Source: Candidatus Latescibacterota bacterium (GTDB lineage: Bacteria; Latescibacterota; UBA2968; UBA8231). Taken from it: 64,000 nt of DNA. A program made the translations under genes and the position numbers. Of the stretch, positions 55,862 to 64,000 are shown piece after piece (positions within the stretch are counted from its first letter, which is position 1; every line of letters starts with the position of its first letter). The notes under the pieces were generated by a model. That model had not been told where the DNA came from and did no database searches. It was given only the letters and a program-made list of their open reading frames with translations. The DNA lies in the NCBI GenBank assembly GCA_965221775.1, contig CBDCSU010000006.1, positions 1,024,001 to 1,088,000 of the forward strand, in the 5' to 3' direction.

Positions 55862-58843
55862 TCAGTGGTCGGCGAAGGCGTCGAGGTAGAACAGCAGCAC
55901 CGGCGCCGCCCAGTACGCGTACATCACGTGCGCCAGGCCGGCCCGGGCCGCCTCCTCGTAGCCGCCGCGCGCCGCCTCCAGGAAACGCGCCTCGCCGGTC
56001 AGGTCGTAGGCGTACGCGAACCCCTGGCAGACCTGGTGGACGTACTCGGGCGCCCAGTTTTTCTGCAGCGGGTTCCCCGAGTAGTGGGTGACGCCGGGCT
56101 TGCCGCGGTCCCCCTCGCCCTCCGGCAGCAGCCGCAGGCCCTGCGGACCGCGCTCCCAGTAGCAGGGCAGCGACTGGGGACCGCCGGTGTTCTCGGCGAG
56201 AACCGCGGAGGCCAGGGCCACGATCGCCGCCGCCGCACGGCGGTCGCCGGTGGCCGCCCAGTAGGGCATCATGCCCTCCGTCAGGTGGGTGACCATGCCG
56301 CCGCCGTTGGCCATGTACTCGAAGCTCATGAAGGGCTCCACGTAGGCGCCCCGCCGCGGGCCGAAGCTGAGGGCGTCCTCGAAGAGCCGCCGCGCCGCCT
56401 CCAGCAGCCGCTCGTCGCGGGTCTCCTCCCAGACCGCCATCAGCGCCGCCAGGGGGAAGGCCTGGGCCCGCGCCGAACGGCCGCCGATGCCGCTGGCGCT
56501 GCGCGCCACGTAGTCGCCGATGGCCAGGGCCGTCTCCAGGGCGTCGAGGTCCCCCGTCAGGTGGTAGAGACGCAGGTAGGCCTTCGGCGACAGCCCCTTG
56601 TAGTCGACGACGGGCGTCAGGTTGTGATGCCGGCTGGAGCCGAAGGCGCGCACGGCCCCCGTGGAGCGGCGGCGGGGCGGACCGGACGGCAGCTGCGGTC
56701 TGGCCGCCCACATGGCCGGCGCCGCCGGGCCGGCGAGGGGCTCGTCGGCGGCGTGGTCATGGACCGCGTCCACGTCCATCAGGTGCAGGACCATCGCCTC
56801 GCCCAGCCGGTAGAAGGCGGCGGAGCCGCCGAGGAGGTACTCGGCGAGCAGGGTGTGAGCCATGTCGTAGTAGTTGTTGTACCAGCCGTCGCCGTAGCGG
56901 CTGTCGCCGAAGTTGCGGATCCCGTACTCCTCCCCCCAGGACGAGCGGCCCTCGAGGGTGGCGCCGTACTTCTCCATCGCCTCGTGCAGCCGCGGGAAGG
57001 CCGTTGGACCGTGTCCCCCCGCCGGTCCCCAGCCGCCGCTGCGGCGGTGCCACGGGGCGTCGAAGAGCCGCGGCGGGTGCTGGAAGGCCTGCAGGGCGCG
57101 CCGGTTCTCCTCGGCGTCGGCGGCGAAGGTCAGCAGGACCTCGTGGCGCTTGGCCTCGCCGGCGGCGAACCAGTTGTGGACGCTGGCGGGATCGGCCGGG
57201 TGGTAGAGGTCGATGTCGAGGCGCTCCGTCCCCGGGAGGATCGCCTTCGGGAACTGCTGCCAGAACCAGCGCACACCGACGCCGAAGCCGCCCCGGCTCA
57301 GCAGGCCGTCGGGGCCCGGGTTCGCGCCGTCCGCCTCCAGGCAGCGCACCTCCGGCAGTCCCCCCCACGGCGGCGACCCCCCGGGAGCCCGCAGCGACAG
57401 CCGCGACAGGTCGAGCCGCCGGTGGCGGTCGGAGCCGTTGAAGACGCGGTAGCTCAGATGCAGGTACGGCAGCCCCGCCCACAGGGTGGCCCGGGTGATC
57501 ACGGCGCCGAGGGTATCGCCGGCGGCGGAGACGAGGTGCCCGTGGAGGCGCACGGTGGTGCGCACCGGCCCTGCCGCCTCCACCACGTAGCGGCCGCCCC
57601 CGGCGACATAGCGCCGGCTCGGGCCGGGGGGCTCGGCCTCTTCGGCGTCCTGGGCCCGCGCCTCCAGCGCGCCGCCGAGGCTGGAGATCACCACGCCGCC
57701 GTCGAGGGCCACGTCCGCCAGCAGGACCGGCCCGGGCGTCGCCGGCACCGTGAACCGCAGTATCCCGCCGTCGACGACGAGGCCCTCCGCCGTCCGCCGG
57801 TGCATCGGCGGCGGAGGCGGCGGCCCCGCCTCGGCGTCCTGCCAGTGGAGGGTGTAGCGGCCGTCGTCGCTCTCCGGAAGGGCCACGAAATCGAGGAGGA
57901 GCCATCTCGTGGAGCCGTCGGGCCAGCGGCTCAGCACCGTCGTCTGCAGGGGCACCACGGCGCCGGCGGGGTCGCGCAGGGCCACCGGCCGCCCCGCCGG
58001 CAGCATGCCCTGGGCGAAGGGGACGCCCGAGCGCACCGGGTAGCCCGTCTCCGGCAGCGGCGTTCCCGCGTCCGTCTCCAGGGTCAGCCCGATGGGGCCC
58101 TCCGCCGGGATCCCGCGCCGGCCCCGCTCCCACGCCCCCTGGGGGCGGGCGCCTTCCAGCCAGTCGTACGCCGTGGCCGCGGCCGCCGCCGAGTCCGTCA
58201 CCGTCGCGTCGTGGAGCACCACGTCGCCCCAGTAGGTGCGGGTTTCGAAGCGCTTGTAGGTCGACGGCTCGTACCACGCCGGGTGGTCCTGGGGCCGGAA
58301 GGCCTCGGAGCGGATGCGGAAGTAGTCGCCCTCCAGCTCCACGTCGCTGGCCACCCGGTCCACGACGCGGAAGGTGAGCTCGAAGCTCTGGCCGGGGCGC
58401 ACGACCCAGCTCAGGTCGACCTCCTCGTACTGGCCGGTGCCGGTGTCGGCCACATCCTTCTCCCACACGATCCGCCCGTCGACGAGGACCTGCTTGAAGC
58501 GGTGGCCCACGAAGCCGGTCTCGGCGTACCAGTCCGCCGCCTGCGAGCGGTCGATCCCCCCGGCCTGGTAGTCGTCGGCCTGGAAGAACCGCAGCCGCCA
58601 GGGCCGCACCCAGTCGGCGGGCAGGGTCACCGTGGTCGACAGGGCGCCGCGGTTGCCGCGGCGGCTGATCTCCCAGTGGGCGTTGATCTGGTAGAGGTCG
58701 CGGATGTCGAGAGCGACGTCGTAGGGTCCCGCGGTGGCGGTCCGCCAGCGGTCCCCGCCCGGGGCGATCTGTAGCAGGCGGGGCTCGGCGCCGAGGGCCT
58801 CGACCAGCAGCAGGGCGAGGAGCGCCGCGGCGCGGCGGCTCAT
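55862..58843 (-). CDS. Secreted exo-rhamnogalacturonan lyase-like protein (PcRGLX/YetA-like)
   Basis: Signal peptide, PVRSGVPF..G, W.DGS.RW..LDF, GPVR, YG.RNFGD and W.NN.YD motifs. Confidence 0.65.
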   Translation of the reverse strand: MSRRAAALLALLLVEALGAEPRLLQIAPGGDRWRTATAGPYDVALDIRDLYQINAHWEISRRGNRGALSTTVTLPADWVRPWRLRFFQADDYQAGGIDRSQAADWYAETGFVGHRFKQVLVDGRIVWEKDVADTGTGQYEEVDLSWVVRPGQSFELTFRVVDRVASDVELEGDYFRIRSEAFRPQDHPAWYEPSTYKRFETRTYWGDVVLHDATVTDSAAAAATAYDWLEGARPQGAWERGRRGIPAEGPIGLTLETDAGTPLPETGYPVRSGVPFAQGMLPAGRPVALRDPAGAVVPLQTTVLSRWPDGSTRWLLLDFVALPESDDGRYTLHWQDAEAGPPPPPPMHRRTAEGLVVDGGILRFTVPATPGPVLLADVALDGGVVISSLGGALEARAQDAEEAEPPGPSRRYVAGGGRYVVEAAGPVRTTVRLHGHLVSAAGDTLGAVITRATLWAGLPYLHLSYRVFNGSDRHRRLDLSRLSLRAPGGSPPWGGLPEVRCLEADGANPGPDGLLSRGGFGVGVRWFWQQFPKAILPGTERLDIDLYHPADPASVHNWFAAGEAKRHEVLLTFAADAEENRRALQAFQHPPRLFDAPWHRRSGGWGPAGGHGPTAFPRLHEAMEKYGATLEGRSSWGEEYGIRNFGDSRYGDGWYNNYYDMAHTLLAEYLLGGSAAFYRLGEAMVLHLMDVDAVHDHAADEPLAGPAAPAMWAARPQLPSGPPRRRSTGAVRAFGSSRHHNLTPVVDYKGLSPKAYLRLYHLTGDLDALETALAIGDYVARSASGIGGRSARAQAFPLAALMAVWEETRDERLLEAARRLFEDALSFGPRRGAYVEPFMSFEYMANGGGMVTHLTEGMMPYWAATGDRRAAAAIVALASAVLAENTGGPQSLPCYWERGPQGLRLLPEGEGDRGKPGVTHYSGNPLQKNWAPEYVHQVCQGFAYAYDLTGEARFLEAARGGYEEAARAGLAHVMYAYWAAPVLLFYLDAFADH

Positions 58844-60063
58844 CCGATCCACGGTCCGTCCCGCCGCACGCGCTCCCAGGTGCGGCGGAACTCCTCGGAC
58901 CCGTCGTCGTGCCAGGTCTCGCTGCGCAGCCCCTGGATCGCGCCCTCCTCGCGCCCGGTGGCGGGGGCCACATCCGTCGGCGAGCGCCCGTACAGGGTGC
59001 GGCCGCCGGGCAGGTGCACGCGCTCCAGGTACCGCGGGACGGCGGCAGGCGGGTTGGCGGCCAGCCGCTCCAGGGCCTCCTCGTCGACGTCGAACCCGAG
59101 CCCCGGCCGCTCCGGCACCGGGGAGCACCCCGCCGCCACCTCGATGCGTCCGGTGGTGATGTCGTCCTCGTACTGGTCGTCGAGGTGGATCGAGTGGCCG
59201 GTGGCGGTGGGCAGCACGGCGGCCATGTGCAGGCCCAGGGCCTTGGTCAGGGTGCCGCCCGTCAGCTGGATCAGGCACTGGGTGTTGAGCCGGGCGCAGG
59301 CGGTGCCGTTGGCCAGGGTGTCGCCGATGCTGCTGCCGCCGCTGCCGATGAGGTAGGCGTCGGCGGCGCCGCGCCCCAGGGCCGGCAGGCGGGTCTCGCC
59401 GGGGGGCACGTGGAAGACCACGGGCAGGCCGGTCTGCTCGCGCAGCCGGCACCAGGAGTCCAGGTCGTCCTTGGCGCACGGGTCCTCGATGCAGCCGACC
59501 ACGGGACGGTCCTCGAGCCAGCGCACGATCGGCAGGAGGGTGGCCAGGGTGCGGGAGCCGTTCAGGTCGAGGTGCAGGCGGAACCCCTCCGGCGCCACCT
59601 CCTCGGCGGCGCTCACCTGCTCCCGCACGTCGTGGACCGGCGACGTGTGCATCTTGATCACCAGGTACCCCTGGCCCGCGGCGCGCTGCACCTCCGCGGC
59701 GAACTCGGCCGGCGACGCCTGCCGCGTCCAGGCCGCCACCGAGACCGCGTCCCTCACCTTCGGACCCATGAGCCGGTACGCGGGCACCCCCAGGTGCTTG
59801 CCCATCACGTCGTACAGGGCGCCGCCCACGGCCGGGTCGAAGTCGTTGCCGATGAACTCGAAGGGGCTGCGCCCGATGAGCGGCTCCACGCTCGCCGCCG
59901 AGGGCGCGCCGCCCCGGTGGTCACCGTAGCCGACGAGGCCGTCGTCGGTGCGCACCCGGCAGACGACGCGGTGGTCGATGCCGGCGAAGCGCACCGGATC
60001 CTGCCGGTTGCGCTCGGCCAGGCGGGGATGGATGGGAATGATGTCCACGTCCGTGATCTTCAT
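58840..60063 (-). CDS. Enolase superfamily (mandelate racemase/muconate lactonizing-like) enzyme
   Basis: TDDGLVGYG, ALYD..GK.LGVP.Y.L.G, D.N, EDP and PERPGLG motifs. Confidence 0.85.
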   Translation of the reverse strand: MKITDVDIIPIHPRLAERNRQDPVRFAGIDHRVVCRVRTDDGLVGYGDHRGGAPSAASVEPLIGRSPFEFIGNDFDPAVGGALYDVMGKHLGVPAYRLMGPKVRDAVSVAAWTRQASPAEFAAEVQRAAGQGYLVIKMHTSPVHDVREQVSAAEEVAPEGFRLHLDLNGSRTLATLLPIVRWLEDRPVVGCIEDPCAKDDLDSWCRLREQTGLPVVFHVPPGETRLPALGRGAADAYLIGSGGSSIGDTLANGTACARLNTQCLIQLTGGTLTKALGLHMAAVLPTATGHSIHLDDQYEDDITTGRIEVAAGCSPVPERPGLGFDVDEEALERLAANPPAAVPRYLERVHLPGGRTLYGRSPTDVAPATGREEGAIQGLRSETWHDDGSEEFRRTWERVRRDGPWIG

Positions 60064-60076
60064 GGTCGACTCCTGG

Positions 60077-61084
60077 TCAGAACCGGGTGCTCTCGAAGCG
60101 GGCGAAGGGCGTCTCCACCCCGACCTCGGCGGCGATCCGCTCCAGCTCCTCCTGGTGCTCGCGGCCGACGGGGATGCCGTCGCGGGCGTGGTCCTGCTCC
60201 CAGCGGTGTTCCAGGCCGCCGGGCAGCTCGGCCTGGTCCACGCCCGGGTAGGGCCGCATGCGGCGCGCCCGCGCCACGTAGGCGTCCATGTCGGCCTTGA
60301 ACTCCTCCAGGGGCATGAACCGGTCGACGGCGATGGCGGCGACGAAGCCGCCCTGGTCCGACACCCAGGGCGACCGCAGGGCCTGCCGCTCCGGCCGGTG
60401 GATGCCGGCCAGCACCCCGCCGAGGACCTGCAGCACCGCTCCCAGGCCGAGGCTCTTGAAGAACACCCGCGGGAAGCGCTCGAGCAGCTCCGGCTCGTGG
60501 GGCAGCATGTGCGCCCCCATGTCGAGGACCAGGGGCGGCTGCGCCCCCGCGGGGACGGCCACGCTCAGCGGCGAGGCCCCGGCGGCGCGCAGCACGAGGT
60601 CATCGGGGTCCATGGGGTAGCGCACCGACGACGCCGCCAGGCCGATGCAGCCCGCCTCCAGAGCCATGCGCGAGTAGAGGCCGGCCGAGCCGATGTGGTG
60701 ATGGTTGCCGGTCGACACCGCTCCGAGTCCGTGGGCGCGGGCCCTGGCCACCGCCATCTCCATCCCCCGGCGGCAGGGGAAGTAGCCGAGGCCACCGTCG
60801 CCGTCGAGAACGGCCGTGGTCGGGGACTCGTCCACGACCCGGACCTCGGGCGCGGGGTTGACGCGGCCGGCGCGCATGAGCCGCACGTAGTGGGCCGCGT
60901 GCTTCGTGCCGTGGCTGAAGACGCAGCGCAGGTCGCACTCGACGAGGAGTCCGGCCAGCTGTCCGGCCAGCCCCCCGGGCATGCCGGCCCGGCCGAGGAG
61001 GGCCGCCGTGAACTGCCGCATGTCGGCCGCCGGCACCCGGATGCCGTGGGCCGGCGGGTAGTTGGGCAGCTGCAGGGTGCTCAC
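60077..61084 (-). CDS. Ldh_2 family (malate/L-lactate/ureidoglycolate dehydrogenase-like) oxidoreductase
   Basis: SHG, DGDGGLG, HIG and LDM motifs, plus LPG..E near the C-terminus. GTGA overlap. Confidence 0.85.
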   Translation of the reverse strand: MSTLQLPNYPPAHGIRVPAADMRQFTAALLGRAGMPGGLAGQLAGLLVECDLRCVFSHGTKHAAHYVRLMRAGRVNPAPEVRVVDESPTTAVLDGDGGLGYFPCRRGMEMAVARARAHGLGAVSTGNHHHIGSAGLYSRMALEAGCIGLAASSVRYPMDPDDLVLRAAGASPLSVAVPAGAQPPLVLDMGAHMLPHEPELLERFPRVFFKSLGLGAVLQVLGGVLAGIHRPERQALRSPWVSDQGGFVAAIAVDRFMPLEEFKADMDAYVARARRMRPYPGVDQAELPGGLEHRWEQDHARDGIPVGREHQEELERIAAEVGVETPFARFESTRF

Positions 61085-62670
61085 CCGGTCTCCGCGGGAT
61101 AGCGGACGTGGACCTCCACGTTCTGCACCACCACCGGCGGCCGCAGGCGCGGGTCCCGCTCCAGGAGGTCGATGCCGACGACGTGGACCCCCTTGCCGAC
61201 CTGGGCCGGCTCCAGCGGCCAGACGAGCCAGGTGTTCTCCGACACGTCCGCGGGATTCGTGCTGTCCCCGGCCGCAGGGCTGCGGCGCTCCGCCTCCCCC
61301 AGCCGCTGGCCGTCCAGCTCGACGGTGAGCCGGTCCCGCGGCGCCAGGTGGTCCAGGTCGACCTGCAGCTCCAGGACCGCGTCCTCGGACAGCTCCTCGT
61401 ACACGCCGACGTGGAACCGGGGACCGCCGCCGCCCGGCATGGGCCGCAGATCGACGGGGACCTCGCCGCCCAGCCGGTCGTCGCGCTCGGCGCCGTAGCG
61501 CAGCTCGCCGCGGTCGCGGATGTGGCGCTTCACGGCGGCGTGGACCTTGTCCTGGCGGCGCAGGGTGTCGGGTGCGCCGAGGCTCTGGAGCAGGGGCCTC
61601 ACCCTGAGCACGTGGCTGTGCCAGTTGAACAGGTGCACCCCCGTCGCTCCGCGCTCGTAGTAGCCGGCGGCCAGGCCGCGGAACCAGGCCTCCCGCCAAC
61701 GCGCGGCCGGCAGCAGGTGCCTCTGGCCCCACTCGCCGTGGCTGTCGAACCCGGGATAGAGCCGCACCTGGGTGCCGCGCATCATCTCCAGGTAGGCCTC
61801 CACCTCGACGCCGGGATCGGTCCCCGAGTTGGCCCCGGTGACGACGATGTCGCACAGGTCCTGCGCGATCCACGCCTCCAGGTCGTAGCCGACGCGGCGG
61901 TTCGTCTCCCGGGAGGCGCCGGCGCGCACGATCACGAAGAAGGGCCGGCCCCGCCGCTCGGCGATGGCGTCGCCGATGCGGCGCACCTGGCGGTGCAGGT
62001 CGGTGAGGGTGTGGCGCAACCGCCAGGCGTCCTCCTCGGGCAGGTGGAAGGCGTGGCGCTCCCAGTCGATCTCGACGCCGTCCCAGTCGGCCAGCTCGCA
62101 GGCCTCGGCGATGCGTTGCAGGGTGTACTCGCGGACCTCGGGGACCGCCATGTTCCACGACGTGGCCGCCCAGGCCGGGGCGCCGTCGCCGAGGACCCAT
62201 TCCGGGTGGCTCTTGCGGAAGGCGGTGAGATGGGGCCGCTCCGTGGCGGCCATCTCTTCGGGCTTCAGCGGTGGGGCGCGGCGCGCCTTGTCGGACCAGA
62301 AGTGGTTGTCGTTCATGCGGATCGAGGCGTACACGCCGAGCCCGAGTTGGTGGCCGCGGCGCACCATCTGCCCGTAGAGATCGACGCCGGCGTCGAACAT
62401 CGCCCTCAGGCTCTCGGCCCTCCGCATGTCGCTCACCGAGAAGTAGCGGCGCCCCTCGGACTCGCCGACCATGGGCAGGTGGTCCGAGGGCCAGTGGGCC
62501 TCCTCCACCCCCACGCACCACGACAGGGCGCCGACCTGGGTCCCCTCCAGGGGCCGGTAGATCCGCTCCAGCAGGTCCTCCACGGAGATGGGGACTTCGG
62601 CGTTCTTCAGGTAGCCGCCGTCGTTGTTGAGGATGATCCCGTAGTCGGGAGCGGGGGGACGCGGACTCAC
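61081..62670 (-). CDS. Putative glycoside-hydrolase-like TIM barrel protein (GHL10-like)
   Basis: N.DG, S.RMND.H, HPEW, PEVR, DG.E.DW.R and G..LFN motifs. Confidence 0.6.
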   Translation of the reverse strand: MSPRPPAPDYGIILNNDGGYLKNAEVPISVEDLLERIYRPLEGTQVGALSWCVGVEEAHWPSDHLPMVGESEGRRYFSVSDMRRAESLRAMFDAGVDLYGQMVRRGHQLGLGVYASIRMNDNHFWSDKARRAPPLKPEEMAATERPHLTAFRKSHPEWVLGDGAPAWAATSWNMAVPEVREYTLQRIAEACELADWDGVEIDWERHAFHLPEEDAWRLRHTLTDLHRQVRRIGDAIAERRGRPFFVIVRAGASRETNRRVGYDLEAWIAQDLCDIVVTGANSGTDPGVEVEAYLEMMRGTQVRLYPGFDSHGEWGQRHLLPAARWREAWFRGLAAGYYERGATGVHLFNWHSHVLRVRPLLQSLGAPDTLRRQDKVHAAVKRHIRDRGELRYGAERDDRLGGEVPVDLRPMPGGGGPRFHVGVYEELSEDAVLELQVDLDHLAPRDRLTVELDGQRLGEAERRSPAAGDSTNPADVSENTWLVWPLEPAQVGKGVHVVGIDLLERDPRLRPPVVVQNVEVHVRYPAETG

Positions 62671-63554
62671 CGCACCGGCTCCGTGGCGATCGTCCCGAGG
62701 GGCACCTCGAGCAGGTCGCGGCCGAGGATCACCTGTCCCTTGAAGACCTCGCCCACCTCTTGCAGGACGCGCTCCTGCACGCCGGGCGTCTCCAACTGCT
62801 CGGTCAGGTGGACGAGGACCAGCGTCTTGACGCCGGCGTCCCTCGCCGTGGCCGCCGCATCCAGGTGGCCGGAGCAGCAAGCGGTCAGGCGCTCGTCGTC
62901 CTCGGCGCCGTTGATGAAGTGGCACATGTGCAGCAGCACGTCGGCGCCGCGGGCGAGATCGGTGAGCCGCTGCACCGGCGCCGTGTCGCCGCCGAAGACG
63001 ATCGTCCCGCCGGGGGTGGTCAGGCGGTAGGCGAGGCAGGTGAGCTGGGGCTGCACGTGCACCACCTCGGCCACGTCGACCTGCCAGCCGCCGGCGACGA
63101 GGCGGTCGCCGTGGGACAGCTCGCGCACCTGCGGGTCGGGCTTCCGCCTCGGCATGACCCCGCCGCGGGCCTCGTACACGAAGTGGCTCCCCGGGTGCGC
63201 GGTGCGCGCCTCCAGGTCCGGGCCGAAGACACCGTCGGGGGAGAAGAGGCGGCGCGTCATGTGTGCCGTCGGCGGGGGGCCGTAGACCCGCAGCTCCGGG
63301 ATCTTGCCAACGCCCTGGTCCCAGCGCGTGAGGACCAGGCAGGCGTAGTCGACGCAGTGGTCGTAGTGCAGGTGGGTGAGGAACAGGTGGTCGATCGAGG
63401 GCAGCTCGACGCCGGCCTCGAGCATGCGCCGCACCGAGGCCGGCCCGCAGTCGAAGACCAGGGTCTGGTCGCCGGCGCCGACGAGATAGCTGGAGCCGCC
63501 GCGGTGGGCCAGGGGCGTGGGCGTGCCCGTGCACAGGAGCTGGAGCCGTGTCAC
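62667..63554 (-). CDS. MBL-fold metallo-hydrolase (RNase Z/AtsA-like)
   Basis: GTPTP, FDCG, THLHYDH, GDT and LVH motifs. Confidence 0.88.
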   Translation of the reverse strand: MTRLQLLCTGTPTPLAHRGGSSYLVGAGDQTLVFDCGPASVRRMLEAGVELPSIDHLFLTHLHYDHCVDYACLVLTRWDQGVGKIPELRVYGPPPTAHMTRRLFSPDGVFGPDLEARTAHPGSHFVYEARGGVMPRRKPDPQVRELSHGDRLVAGGWQVDVAEVVHVQPQLTCLAYRLTTPGGTIVFGGDTAPVQRLTDLARGADVLLHMCHFINGAEDDERLTACCSGHLDAAATARDAGVKTLVLVHLTEQLETPGVQERVLQEVGEVFKGQVILGRDLLEVPLGTIATEPVR

Positions 63555-63579
63555 CGGGACCGGCCCGGGCGCCTCGCGA

Positions 63580-64000
63580 TCAGGAATGATCCACCGCCTC
63601 CCAGTGGGCCCGCACCGCGTCTTCGACCTCGCCGTCGCTCCACTTCTCCACGAGGGGGCACTGGTCCTCGGGCCAGTCGGGCAGGACGTAGGGGTTGGAG
63701 GCGGCCACGTAGGCGTAGATGAGCGACCAGCGCGGCTGCTCGCTGAGGTTGGGGTCCGAGGCGTGGAGGGTGTTGCCGTGGAAGTAGAGGACCGATCCCG
63801 GCTGCAGCTCGCAGTGGACCTCCTCCAGCTCCCGCAGGGCCAGCTCCAGGCGGCCGGGATCGGTGATCAGCTGGGAGCCGGAGGACCGGTGCTCGAGCCG
63901 GCCGAGGCGGTTGGAGCCGCGCACCACCTTCAGACAGCCGTTGGCGCGGGTGGCCGGATCGAGGGCGACCATGACGCTGGCGAAGGCGGGAAAGAGGAAC
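63580..64000 (-). CDS. Phytanoyl-CoA dioxygenase (PhyH) family protein, C-terminal part
   Basis: ALD.AT..NGCL.V..GS, LQPGSVLYFH...LHAS..N.S..PR motifs. Truncated by the window edge. Confidence 0.88.
   Translation of the reverse strand, partial: FLFPAFASVMVALDPATRANGCLKVVRGSNRLGRLEHRSSGSQLITDPGRLELALRELEEVHCELQPGSVLYFHGNTLHASDPNLSEQPRWSLIYAYVAASNPYVLPDWPEDQCPLVEKWSDGEVEDAVRAHWEAVDHS

Noticed and set aside
1-64000. CRISPR array, prophage, integrase or IS element
   Set aside because: No regularly spaced direct repeats and no cas, phage, integrase or transposase motifs were seen. The only tandem repeats found are within coding sequences.

Overview
A very GC-rich bacterial chromosomal window. 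FlgD/Ig 'YPNPFN' C-terminal domains and a 'TSV..SWxxVK' tail suggest an FCB-group lineage such as Ca. Latescibacterota (inference only). Core genes: partial pyrF, rnpB, a Zn-ribbon protein, tRNA-Val(CAC), tRNA-Ile2(CAT), dnaG, rho-rpmE-prfA-prmC, recA, hpt, yaaA, murB and glcF. Accessory blocks: (i) a second type II fatty-acid/lipid cluster (FabH, FabA, FabZ, FabF, ACP, acyltransferase, PPTase); (ii) pseudogene debris next to a lower-GC DUF1998 helicase; (iii) an apparently complete N-methylglutamate methylamine pathway (GmaS, MgsA, fused MgsBC, MgdABCD, XRE-cupin regulator) with an extra GltD-like/FMN-barrel fusion; (iv) a three-gene module of an XRE-HTH/IrrE-ImmA protease with an antitoxin-like tail, a MazF/PemK toxin missing from the ORF track and split by a +1 frameshift at TTT-CGA, and an orphan N4-cytosine-type methyltransferase; (v) a secreted sugar dehydrogenase and a carbohydrate/acid catabolic operon. 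No CRISPR array, integrase or transposase was seen. All calls come from reading motifs by eye, without database searches.
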